The notes beneath the pieces are model-generated. The model did no database searches and had not been told where the DNA came from. It worked only from the letters and a program-made list of their open reading frames with translations. A stretch of DNA of 32,712 bases from an uncultured Deferribacteres bacterium. GTDB lineage: Bacteria > Zhuqueibacterota > Zhuqueibacteria > Zhuqueibacterales > Geothermadaptataceae. The stretch is from the NCBI GenBank assembly GCA_964014485.1, contig CAXHAT010000083.1:1-32712 (forward strand), in the 5' to 3' direction. Below, piece by piece: positions 17,522 through 26,229 of the stretch. A program made the translations under genes and the position numbers. Each line of letters begins with the position of its first letter. The first letter of the stretch is position 1.

Positions 17522-19189
17522 TTAGAATCGCGATGAGGTGAGTTTCACGTCGGCTTTTGGCCAGGATTTTTTGAATTGTTTTTGAACTTTTGCAGCTTCG
17601 TCGGTCTTGCCTAATGACGTCAGCGTTTTTCCCAGACCAAACAGTGACCAGCCGTTGAGCGGGTTCTTTTTCAAGTCTTTGCGATAAACTTTTTCCGCTT
17701 CTTCAGCTTTTCCGGACTCTAAAAACGCCGCTCCAAGATAATGTCTGACGGGGAAATACCAATACGGCGGCTCCATGTACGGCAGACCGTCCTGCTTCCC
17801 AACCGCAGTTTGCAGTTTCGCGATTCCATCGTCTGCGTCGCCGTTTTTCATTGCGATTTCGCCTGCGAGCACAAGCACCGCGATTTCGACCAGGGTTTTG
17901 TTCAATGATGACATGTTTTCGCTGTCTTCAAAACTCTGCAAAGCCGATAGTTCATTTTGAGCTTCATCAATCTTGCCGGTGTTAAGAAACGCGAGCCCGC
18001 GCGTAAAACGCCACATGGCGGTTTCATACTCAAAATCCGCTCGGGGCTGTTGATAATTGAGAATTTCTTGCCACTTTCCAAAACGCGCGTAGGCAAACAA
18101 CGGCGTCGGCAAGAAACGCTCCAAAAAACGCGGGCCGTCAGCCAAACGCGCCGAGACTTTTTGATGGAGTTTTAGCGCTGCTGCAATCGATTCTCGGCTG
18201 CGGCCTTCCAGCGAAGTTGTGTACCACATAAAATGCACGTTGTGCGGGTAGTACAGCGCCGGATAGAATCCCTGCGCATTGCACTGTGAAATATAAGATT
18301 CATCCGAAAGAGCGGCCTGCTCATTGGCTTTAGTCGCGTCACTGTAACGCCCAATCCGCAAATAAATGTGCGACGGCATGTGAACAAGATGCCCGGCGTC
18401 CGGCACAAGCCCGCCCAAGCGATCAGCCGCCCCTTCGGCGCGCCCCGGCGTTTCGGATGGCTCAACGGCGTGAATGTAGTAGTGATTCGCGCCGGGATGA
18501 TTCGGGTCTTTTTCTAACACAGACTCCAAAATTTCCGTGACCTTGATCGTCGCTGGTTTTGGGGAAAGATCATCGTTGTAGTAGTTCCATGGCATTAAGT
18601 CCATGATCGATTCGGCGTAGAGCGTGGCTGCGTCCAAATCTTCGGGGAAATTCTTTCGAGCCTTGTCCATTGCTTCGGCATAGGCGGAATCGAGTGCAGT
18701 GCGGCGAGCGGAAGGATCGAGAGAATAGCGCTCGACGATTGCCGAAATGTACGCCTTTTCCCGTGCGGTTGTTTTTGACATAAGCGTATAAGCTTTGTGT
18801 GCGTTGGCGACCGCTTCGGGGACGTCTTTCGGGTCCATCGGCTTGTTGATGTTCGGGCCAAGCGCCAGAGCCACGCCCCAGTAGCCCATGGCGCAGTCCG
18901 GGTCCAGCCGCGTCACTGCTTTGAACGATCGAACGGCCTCCGCATGATTAAAACCGTAAACCAGCGTTAACCCCTGATCGAAGTATTTTTGAGCCTGCGG
19001 CGAATCAGTGGAAACGGGATGGTGCAAATCCCCGATTTTTTCAAAAAGAGGGGCTCCCGGTTGAGGAGAATAAATTTTCTCTTCCGTCTGCGCCAGTACG
19101 TTGGTTCCAATGACAAACGTCGCCATCAGCAGAAGCGCTTGTAAGAAGAATCCTTTCTTGGCAAGAAAACCATGGGTCAGTAAGTTCAT
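17522..19189 (-). CDS. Secreted tetratricopeptide-repeat protein with His-rich motifs
   Basis: Signal peptide; AQKYFDQGL..YGFNH.EA, HPGANHYYIH, GHLVHMPSHIY, YYPHNVHF; C-terminal TPRs. ATG at 19189 has a GGAG RBS. Confidence 0.8.
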   Translation of the reverse strand: MNLLTHGFLAKKGFFLQALLLMATFVIGTNVLAQTEEKIYSPQPGAPLFEKIGDLHHPVSTDSPQAQKYFDQGLTLVYGFNHAEAVRSFKAVTRLDPDCAMGYWGVALALGPNINKPMDPKDVPEAVANAHKAYTLMSKTTAREKAYISAIVERYSLDPSARRTALDSAYAEAMDKARKNFPEDLDAATLYAESIMDLMPWNYYNDDLSPKPATIKVTEILESVLEKDPNHPGANHYYIHAVEPSETPGRAEGAADRLGGLVPDAGHLVHMPSHIYLRIGRYSDATKANEQAALSDESYISQCNAQGFYPALYYPHNVHFMWYTTSLEGRSRESIAAALKLHQKVSARLADGPRFLERFLPTPLFAYARFGKWQEILNYQQPRADFEYETAMWRFTRGLAFLNTGKIDEAQNELSALQSFEDSENMSSLNKTLVEIAVLVLAGEIAMKNGDADDGIAKLQTAVGKQDGLPYMEPPYWYFPVRHYLGAAFLESGKAEEAEKVYRKDLKKNPLNGWSLFGLGKTLTSLGKTDEAAKVQKQFKKSWPKADVKLTSSRF

Positions 19190-19335
19190 CGTATGCTCCA
19201 TGCATTTATCAGCAAGACTGTAACAGCCGCACAACGGCTACGTTTTTTTGAGTGTGGTTTTTTGGTCGGATAAACTCAATCGAAAACCGCCTAAGCCGTT
19301 TTCGCTTGTTTATCGCCAGATTTTCGCTTTTTTGA

Positions 19336-19351
19336 ATTAAAACGTTTAAAT
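19336..19351. promoter_or_regulatory. Putative LacI-family operator ATTAAAACGTTTAAAT
   Basis: 16-bp palindrome (7 of 8 pairs) with central CG, 18 nt upstream of the LacI gene start. Confidence 0.6.
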
Positions 19352-19369
19352 AAACTTTAACTGCTTTAG

Positions 19370-20368
19370 ATGAAAAGAGTTACGATCAAGGACCTGGCGC
19401 GGATGGCAAACGTTTCCACAGCCACGGTCTCAATGGTGCTTAACGGCAAAAAAAACATAAGTCGCGCCACCAGAGACCGCGTGGAAAAAATCGCTCGCGA
19501 GCAGAATTACATACCCAACGCCGCCGCACGCGGGTTGGTAGGGTCATCCATGAATATGTTGGGCATCGTCATGCCGGACATTGCCGAGCCTTTCAACGCC
19601 GCCGTATTGAGAGCGATTTCAAAACATATTCGCGAGAAGACTTCATACAAACTTGTGCTTTACGATATGTTTACGGCGCAGGATTGGCAAAACGGCTTTT
19701 ACGACCGCTTCAGCACGGAAGGCGTTGACGGCGTTATTCATAAGGCCGTCGAAATGTCGGACGAAGAGTTGGCGCTTGTAAAAAAAATCACGGCGCCCAT
19801 GGTGATTTTGGAAAATGAGCTTGACTGGGCCGACTGCGTGACCGTTCGAAATTACGACGGCGCCTACCAGGCGACGCGCTATCTTGCCAACAAAGGTCAC
19901 AAAAATATCGCGCTTATTAGCTGTGAGCGCGCCAGCAAGGTGATTCAAGCAAGGATAAAGGCGTTCAAGCGGGCGCTGGAAGATTCAGGGCTTGCCTTCG
20001 ACGAGAAATACGTTTTCAACACGCCAATTTTTAATGCGAAATATGGCATGGAGGCCGCGGATTATTTCCATGGCTTGTCAACAAAACCTACGGCCGTCTT
20101 TTCAATCGCCGGGGATTATGTTGCATGCGGCTTTATGGCCCGAATCAAAAAATTGGCTTACAAAGTGCCGGATGATTTTGCCATCATCGGTTACGACAAT
20201 CTCGAAGTTTGTGAATATCTTGACCCTCAACTCACGACTGTTGCGCAACCTTTGGATGAAATGGCGGAGGCGGCCATTGATCTGCTACTCGGAAGAATCA
20301 AAGATCGGGACAGGCCGTTTGAGACGCGTGAATTTCGCGCGGAGCTCATTATTCGCGACTCGACATGA
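19370..20368 (+). CDS. LacI-family transcriptional regulator
   Basis: VTIKDLARMANVSTATVSMVLN HTH, YIPNAAARGL hinge, C-terminal IIGYDN...LTTVAQP...LIIRDST. Confidence 0.95.
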   Translation: MKRVTIKDLARMANVSTATVSMVLNGKKNISRATRDRVEKIAREQNYIPNAAARGLVGSSMNMLGIVMPDIAEPFNAAVLRAISKHIREKTSYKLVLYDMFTAQDWQNGFYDRFSTEGVDGVIHKAVEMSDEELALVKKITAPMVILENELDWADCVTVRNYDGAYQATRYLANKGHKNIALISCERASKVIQARIKAFKRALEDSGLAFDEKYVFNTPIFNAKYGMEAADYFHGLSTKPTAVFSIAGDYVACGFMARIKKLAYKVPDDFAIIGYDNLEVCEYLDPQLTTVAQPLDEMAEAAIDLLLGRIKDRDRPFETREFRAELIIRDST

Positions 20369-20465
20369 TTAACTCGATTCGTTCGTAAAACAAACCTGCC
20401 CGAGTATCGAAACAAACAATTTGGAACCCCTTAAATCCGCCATTGCAGGAGGAAAACAGCATCCG

Positions 20466-22919
20466 ATGAAACACGTTGATTTATGCGGAGCCTGGAGAAT
20501 ACGATCGCTGGATAACGTTTTTGATTTGCCTGGAACAGTTCCAGGAACTTTTTTTCACGACCTCGAAAAGAGCGGGCACTGGGGTGAGCGCGACGTTTTT
20601 TATCGGGAAAACAATCGCCTATGCGTTGAGTTGGCGAACCGCGATTTCTCATACTCGCGCTCTTTTAATTTGCCGGGGGATTTCTTCGAAGAAAATGTGC
20701 GTTTTTTTCTCGAAGCTGACGGCCTGGACACACTGACGGAAATATTCGTCAATGGCGAACCAATCGCCAAAACCGAAAATATGTTCCGCAGGTACGCGTT
20801 TGACGTTAGCCACGTTTTGAAACGCGGAGAGAATCAAATCGAAATTATTTTTCGCAACAGTGTTGCTGAAATCTCAAACAGGTTCAAAAAGCGCCCGCTT
20901 TGGAACGATGACAATACCTTGAACGGCGCCAATCAATTGCGCAAAAACCATTGCAGCTACGGCTGGGACTGGGGGCCGGTTATTCCTGATTTGGGCGTCT
21001 GGCGTTCCATTCAAATAGCCGCTTATAAAAACGGCAAGATCAAAGACCTTCATATTCGGCAGCAACACGAGAAAGACGGCTCGTGTACGATTTCCATCAA
21101 CGCCGAGGCTGAATCGTGGGGCGGCGCAATTCCAAAGTTTCGCGCGCAGGTCAAGCATCCGTCCGGCGAGCTTTCCAGCATTGAAACCGACGCCAGTCAA
21201 AACGCGACCATCAAAATCCAAAACCCCGAACGATGGTGGCCGCGCGGATACGGCGAACAATTTCTCTATGAAGTCACCTGTGAATTGTTTTTCGAGGATG
21301 AACTGGCGGATGCTAAAACGCAGAAAATCGGCCTAAGAACGCTGAGGCTGGAGCGCAAGCAGGATGAATTTGGCGAGTCGTTTCATTTCGTCGTCAACGG
21401 CGTGCCTGTTTTTGCGCGCGGCGCCAATTACATTCCCGAGGACGTTTATCTTGCTCGCGCCGACCGCAGTTTCACGGAGCGGTTGGTTCGCGATGCAACC
21501 CTGGCCAATTACAACTGTCTGCGCGTCTGGGGCGGCGGCGTCTATCCGTCAAACGATTTTTTTGATCTTTGCGACCAATACGGCGTCATTGTCTGGCAGG
21601 ATTTGATGTATGCCTGCGGCGTTTACGACATTCACAATCCTGAATTCTACGCGAACATCAAGGCCGAGACGGAGGATGTTCTGCGGCGTATTCGTCACCA
21701 CGCGTGTCTCGGATTGATTTGCGGCAACAATGAAATGGAATGGGCGTTCGAAGCATGGAACCTGCCTCTAACGAAAGAGATGCGCACCGAGTATTTGAAG
21801 CAATACGAAATCCTTTTTCCGGAAATCGTTCAGAAAGTCTGCCCGGAGGTTGATTACTGGTCGGCGTCTCCTTCCAGCGGCGGCAATTTTGATGAGCCGA
21901 ACGATGAAAATCGCGGCGACGTTCATTTTTGGGAAGTCTGGCACGGCAACAAGCCTTTTACTGAGTACCGCAATCATTATTTTCGCTTTCTTTCCGAGTT
22001 TGGCTTTGAGTCGTTTCCTTCAATAAAAACCGTAAATTCATTCACCGAGCCGGAAGACCGCAACGCGTTTAGTCCGGTTATGGAAGATCATCAGCGCTGC
22101 GTCGGCGGCAACGGCAAAATACTGACATATCTTTCGCAGTATTTCCGTTATCCCAAGGATTTGTCTTCGCTCATTTACGTTTCGCAACTCAGCCAAGCGG
22201 AAGCGATTCGATACGGCGTGGAGCACATGCGCCGTCATCGCGGACGCTGCATGGGCGCGACCTACTGGCAGTTTAACGATAATTGGCCGGTCGCTTCCTG
22301 GTCGAGCATCGATTATTTTGGACGATGGAAGGCGTTGATGTATCAATCCAGACGGATGTATCGCCAGGTTTTGCTTTCCTGCGAAGAGTGCGAAAAAACG
22401 GCGTCGCTTCATCTCAGCAATGAAAACTCGCACGCCGTGCATGGTGAAGTATCCTGGCGTTTGTTGACATTTTCCGGGGAGGTTTTGCAGGAAGGGAAAC
22501 GCGAGATTGAAGCCCCGGCGCTCTCGTCGCAGAAAGCGTTTGATCTTGATTTTAGTGAACAGCTTTCGGGCAAGCGCGCTCGCTCTGTTTATCTTTCCTT
22601 TAGATTTCGAGAATCGGAAAGCGGAGACCAGCAATTCGGCACGGCGACGTTCGCGCGTTACAAAGAACTAAATTTTCAAAACGCCCACTTGCAATGGCGG
22701 GTTCTGGAAAGCCCCGATGGAGTAGAAATCGCAGTTTCGGCTGACGCGTTCGCGAAATTCGTCGAGTTGGACTTAAAAACCAAAGACGTCATTTTCTCAG
22801 ACAATTTTTTCGATCTCGACGCAGGACAAACCCGCCGAATCCGGATCATCGCCGGTGAAGATTCTGCAAGTCTATTGAACGACGAATTGATAGTTCGTTC
22901 GCTCGTAAATTCTTATTAG
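20466..22919 (+). CDS. Glycoside hydrolase family 2 beta-mannosidase
   Basis: RKNHCSYGWDWGP, GANYIP, RVWGGG, CGNNE (acid/base), GDVHFW, RFLSEFGFES (nucleophile), YWQFNDNWPVASWSSIDY; GGAGG upstream of ATG 20466; no signal peptide. Confidence 0.92.
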   Translation: MKHVDLCGAWRIRSLDNVFDLPGTVPGTFFHDLEKSGHWGERDVFYRENNRLCVELANRDFSYSRSFNLPGDFFEENVRFFLEADGLDTLTEIFVNGEPIAKTENMFRRYAFDVSHVLKRGENQIEIIFRNSVAEISNRFKKRPLWNDDNTLNGANQLRKNHCSYGWDWGPVIPDLGVWRSIQIAAYKNGKIKDLHIRQQHEKDGSCTISINAEAESWGGAIPKFRAQVKHPSGELSSIETDASQNATIKIQNPERWWPRGYGEQFLYEVTCELFFEDELADAKTQKIGLRTLRLERKQDEFGESFHFVVNGVPVFARGANYIPEDVYLARADRSFTERLVRDATLANYNCLRVWGGGVYPSNDFFDLCDQYGVIVWQDLMYACGVYDIHNPEFYANIKAETEDVLRRIRHHACLGLICGNNEMEWAFEAWNLPLTKEMRTEYLKQYEILFPEIVQKVCPEVDYWSASPSSGGNFDEPNDENRGDVHFWEVWHGNKPFTEYRNHYFRFLSEFGFESFPSIKTVNSFTEPEDRNAFSPVMEDHQRCVGGNGKILTYLSQYFRYPKDLSSLIYVSQLSQAEAIRYGVEHMRRHRGRCMGATYWQFNDNWPVASWSSIDYFGRWKALMYQSRRMYRQVLLSCEECEKTASLHLSNENSHAVHGEVSWRLLTFSGEVLQEGKREIEAPALSSQKAFDLDFSEQLSGKRARSVYLSFRFRESESGDQQFGTATFARYKELNFQNAHLQWRVLESPDGVEIAVSADAFAKFVELDLKTKDVIFSDNFFDLDAGQTRRIRIIAGEDSASLLNDELIVRSLVNSY

Positions 22920-22976
22920 CTGATGCTACGCGCCCGGTCGTGTCGGCGCACGTCGTATCTGCTTTGAATCCAGTGT

Positions 22977-23042
22977 GTAGAGACGCGATGCATCGCGTCT
23001 CTACCGTAGGAGGCTGCCGAGGTGGTTGCAATACGCCCCTAC
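22977..23042. repeat. GTAG-type REP cluster: perfect 28-bp palindrome plus a second, degenerate REP
   Basis: GTAGAGACGCGATGCATCGCGTCTCTAC (22977-23004) is its own reverse complement; it is followed by GTAGG...TTGCAATACGCCCCTAC (23006-23042); lies between convergent genes. Confidence 0.8.
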
Positions 23043-23058
23043 AAACCACACATCTCAA

Positions 23059-25251
23059 TTAAGGCAATCTCTGCTTCCCGCCGATGCCGTAAATGTGTTT
23101 TTGCGTCCGGATAAAAATCATACCGTCAGAAATTGCGGGCGTGGCCATGATCGTATCGTCCATATCATTTTTGGCCAGCCGTTTAAACGTTTCCCCGGCC
23201 TTTATCACGTAAACAATCCCGTCTTCGCTGCTTAAATACAATTTTCCATCCGCCGCGACGGGCGACGCCGTGAATGCGTAACCTGCTCCTCGCGCGCCTG
23301 TTCTTTGGCGATAAACGCGCTCGCCCGTCATCGCGTTGTAACACGTCATCACGCCGTTATTGGCGCAAACATAAAGGTGTTTGTCGTAGACAATCGGCGT
23401 TGGGAGATACGGCCCTCCGCGTTGCGTGCTCCAAACAATCGCCTCGTTCGAGGTCTCATCTTCAGCCAAAGAAATATCGCCCCGCGAACCCGGACGGATG
23501 GCATAAATCGGCTGAATCGGACGATAGCCGCTGGTGACGTAAATCAAGTCGTTGGCGATAAACGGCGTCGGCGTGGCGATTTCCGAATTTCCTTTCATAC
23601 GCCACAATTCCTTCCCCGTCATCGGATCATAGCCCATGATGTGATTGGTGGCGTTGGTGACCAATTCCGCGCCTTTTTCGGTCTCGACAACTGTCGGTGA
23701 AGCCCAGGACGGAATCTCGTCGCGGTTGGTGCGCCATACTTCCTTGCCGTCTTTTAAACGATAAGCCGCAATAAAAGAGTTCTTCTGTATGTCCGCCTGC
23801 AGAATGACCATGTCTTTGTAAATAATCGGCGAACTGCCGTGGCCCCATTCGTAGTCGGGATTATAGAACCAGCCGGAATCGAGGCGGCCAACATCATTCT
23901 TCCACGCCAGGTCGCCGTTTTTCTTGTAACAATACAGCCCTTCCGCGCCAAAAAGCACGACGATGTACTCGCCGTTGGTCACCGGGGTCGAATTGTTCTG
24001 CGCCGACTTTGTGTGCCGTTTAACCTGCGGCACGCCTTCATGCGCCGTCCGCTCCCACAAAATCTCACCCGAGTTTTTATCAAGCGCATAAACTTTCCAG
24101 ACATGCGGCGAAACGTCTTTATCCGGCGCAACGTCGCCGTAAAGTCCGATGCGCAATCCGGCGCTGGTGTCGCTGCTGATGGCTGTCGTAACGTATATGC
24201 GATCGTCCCAGACAATAGGGCCGGCTACGCTCAGACCAGGGATGGGCGTTTTCCAGGTAATATTTTCACCGGTTTCAACGTTCCAGCGCGTTGGAGGATG
24301 CTGCCCGTCCGCTACGCCGGACGCTCCCTCGCCGCGAAACCCCGGCCAGTTTTTGGGTTCGGTGACTTCCGGGCGATTCCCGTCATCAATGAGCGCTTCA
24401 GCATCGGCGACGTTCGCCTCTTCCGACGGTTTTTCAGCCGCGCGCTTGAAATTCATCGTTCTGCTCGAAGAAACCAGTGTAAACGCTTTCGCCTTTTTAT
24501 TCTCAACGGAAAATGAAAACACAAACCCTTCAAAATCCGCGTATCGCATCGTGTCCTGCGCGATGGCGAGAAGTTTGAGCGGGTTGCCGCTCCCATCAAA
24601 GGAAATGGTCAAGTTGCCGTTGTTCAATTCAATTTTCGCGCGCGTCGCTCGTTCATCTTCATAGGAGCCGACGTATTGTTGTAAAATCTCCGTCGGCAGG
24701 GTTTTCGCATTCTCCGCTGCATCCGTTTCTTTAGCGCCCGCCGCTCTCAGCGTTTTTACAACCTCGTCATGTTTGCCGCGCAGTGCGTTTTTTAGAGCAC
24801 GATCCAGCGCTTTTTGAGCAATGTTTTCATTGTTTTCCAACACGGCTTTTACCAAACGCATCTCGCCTTGCGCCGCACCGTTTTCCAATGCGCCTTCTGA
24901 ACCGTCGATGCCATTTTCAACTAGCAAAATAGCGATTTCGACATGATTGTTCATTCCAGCCCAAGCCAGAGCGGTCGCATTGTAAAATGTGTCCTTGACG
25001 TTTATGTCAACGCCGCGTTCGATCAGCAGCTTCGCCAATTCAACGTTGCCCTGATCCGCGGCGAAAAACAACGCGGTTGATTCGTAGCGGTAGCGCGCGT
25101 TGACGTCCGCGCCTTCGTCGAGCAGCTTTTTAACCGCCTCGACTTCTCCGCTTCGAGCCGCTTCAAGAAAGCGCTCGTTGAGATCATTTCCAAAAACCAC
25201 TGAGGCAAACAAAAGTGTGAGAAATAGTTGCAGCAAAGTTTTGGCTTTCAT
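23059..25251 (-). CDS. Secreted ankyrin-repeat + PQQ-like (BamB-type) beta-propeller protein
   Basis: Signal peptide; ankyrin repeats (GADVNAR...TALFFAA..GN, TALAWA); NWPGFRG..ASG, WKTPIPG, PIVWDDRIYV, SSPIIYKD, ASPVAADGKLY, ATPAISDGMIFIRT. Confidence 0.85.
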   Translation of the reverse strand: MKAKTLLQLFLTLLFASVVFGNDLNERFLEAARSGEVEAVKKLLDEGADVNARYRYESTALFFAADQGNVELAKLLIERGVDINVKDTFYNATALAWAGMNNHVEIAILLVENGIDGSEGALENGAAQGEMRLVKAVLENNENIAQKALDRALKNALRGKHDEVVKTLRAAGAKETDAAENAKTLPTEILQQYVGSYEDERATRAKIELNNGNLTISFDGSGNPLKLLAIAQDTMRYADFEGFVFSFSVENKKAKAFTLVSSSRTMNFKRAAEKPSEEANVADAEALIDDGNRPEVTEPKNWPGFRGEGASGVADGQHPPTRWNVETGENITWKTPIPGLSVAGPIVWDDRIYVTTAISSDTSAGLRIGLYGDVAPDKDVSPHVWKVYALDKNSGEILWERTAHEGVPQVKRHTKSAQNNSTPVTNGEYIVVLFGAEGLYCYKKNGDLAWKNDVGRLDSGWFYNPDYEWGHGSSPIIYKDMVILQADIQKNSFIAAYRLKDGKEVWRTNRDEIPSWASPTVVETEKGAELVTNATNHIMGYDPMTGKELWRMKGNSEIATPTPFIANDLIYVTSGYRPIQPIYAIRPGSRGDISLAEDETSNEAIVWSTQRGGPYLPTPIVYDKHLYVCANNGVMTCYNAMTGERVYRQRTGARGAGYAFTASPVAADGKLYLSSEDGIVYVIKAGETFKRLAKNDMDDTIMATPAISDGMIFIRTQKHIYGIGGKQRLP

Positions 25252-25441
25252 GTTCCACCTTCCAAATTTTAGTGTCGAAAAAATATGGACGGACGCTCAA
25301 AAATCTTGTTTAAAAATGGCGTCGCAGGAATGAGACTCAACAGAAACGCGACGGTCTTTTAAAAATTCTCTTTTATCCTTTCTCTATTGGCGAAAAATGC
25401 AGTATTCTTAAAGTTTAACTGTTTGGCGACAGTCGGAAAGG

Positions 25442-25543
25442 ACGATGATGAATCTTTGCACTCCGTCTGAGCATCGGAGAAACAAACCGGAGTCAAATGC
25501 TTCAGCGTTTGTTAGGCAAACGATGATGAATCATCGCACTCCG
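25442..25543. repeat. Two-copy 24-bp direct repeat, 78 nt apart
   Basis: ACGATGATGAATCTTTGCACTCCG (25442-25465) and ACGATGATGAATCATCGCACTCCG (25520-25543), 22/24 identical. Confidence 0.75.
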
Positions 25544-25581
25544 GCCTAAACGAGTCTTGAAAATTCAAACTAATACATTTT

Positions 25582-26229
25582 ATGAAGAAAGCAATTTTGT
25601 GGGATAATGACGGGGTTCTGGTCAACACCGAACCGTTGTATTTTCGTGCAAATCAGGAAATTATGCGTCACTATGATTTTGAGTTGACGATAGAAATCTT
25701 TGCGGAAGTTTCTCTGCGCCAAGGCAAAGGGGTGATCGAGATAGACGAATTCAAAAACAGATTCTCGCCGGAAGAATTGGCGGCGATTAAAGAGGAACGA
25801 AATGAAATCTATTCGGGCTTACTACGATCTGAAGATTGCAAAGTCGATGGCGCGTTCCAGGTCTTGGGAGATTTGGCGAAAAGCTTTCAAATGGGAATTG
25901 TAACCAGCTCAAAACGTGAACATTTCGAGCTCATTCATCAATCGTCCGGCCTGCTGCCATTCTTTGAATTTGCCTTAACGCCGGAACAATATCACGGCGT
26001 TAAACCGCATCCCGGCCCCTACCTCGCCGGGCTTGAAAAAATCGGCGTTTCGACGAAGGAATGCATCGTTATCGAAGATTCAGAACGCGGGCTGTCTTCA
26101 GCGCGAGCAGCCGGACTGGATTGCATCATAATCCGTCACGAAATTACCAAGGATCACGCCTTTAAGGGCGCGTCACATATTGTCGATCATTTGCAGGAAA
26201 TCGCCGAAGAATTGATCCATTCCGTTTAG
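25582..26229 (+). CDS. HAD-superfamily phosphatase (beta-PGM/CbbY-like)
   Basis: WDNDGVLVNTE (motif I), VTSS, KPHPGPY, IEDSERG. Confidence 0.9.
   Translation: MKKAILWDNDGVLVNTEPLYFRANQEIMRHYDFELTIEIFAEVSLRQGKGVIEIDEFKNRFSPEELAAIKEERNEIYSGLLRSEDCKVDGAFQVLGDLAKSFQMGIVTSSKREHFELIHQSSGLLPFFEFALTPEQYHGVKPHPGPYLAGLEKIGVSTKECIVIEDSERGLSSARAAGLDCIIIRHEITKDHAFKGASHIVDHLQEIAEELIHSV

Noticed and set aside
25413..25517. Integron attC site (GTTTAAC...GTTAGGC)
   Set aside because: The core sites are not matched by complementary L boxes, and there is no integrase or cassette array.
25442..25543. Mini-CRISPR, TIGR array or box C/D guide RNA (ATGATGA...CTGA in copy 1)
   Set aside because: Only two copies, a 54-nt interval, no CTGA after copy 2, and no cas, Tas or Nop-domain gene in the window.
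25430..25560. Fluoride or c-di-GMP-I riboswitch upstream of the HAD gene
   Set aside because: Lacks the fluoride GAUGG..UUC.CC / CUGAUGAC..CUAC pattern and the c-di-GMP-I GACGCAAA and 3' P3 strand; kept only as an unassigned element.
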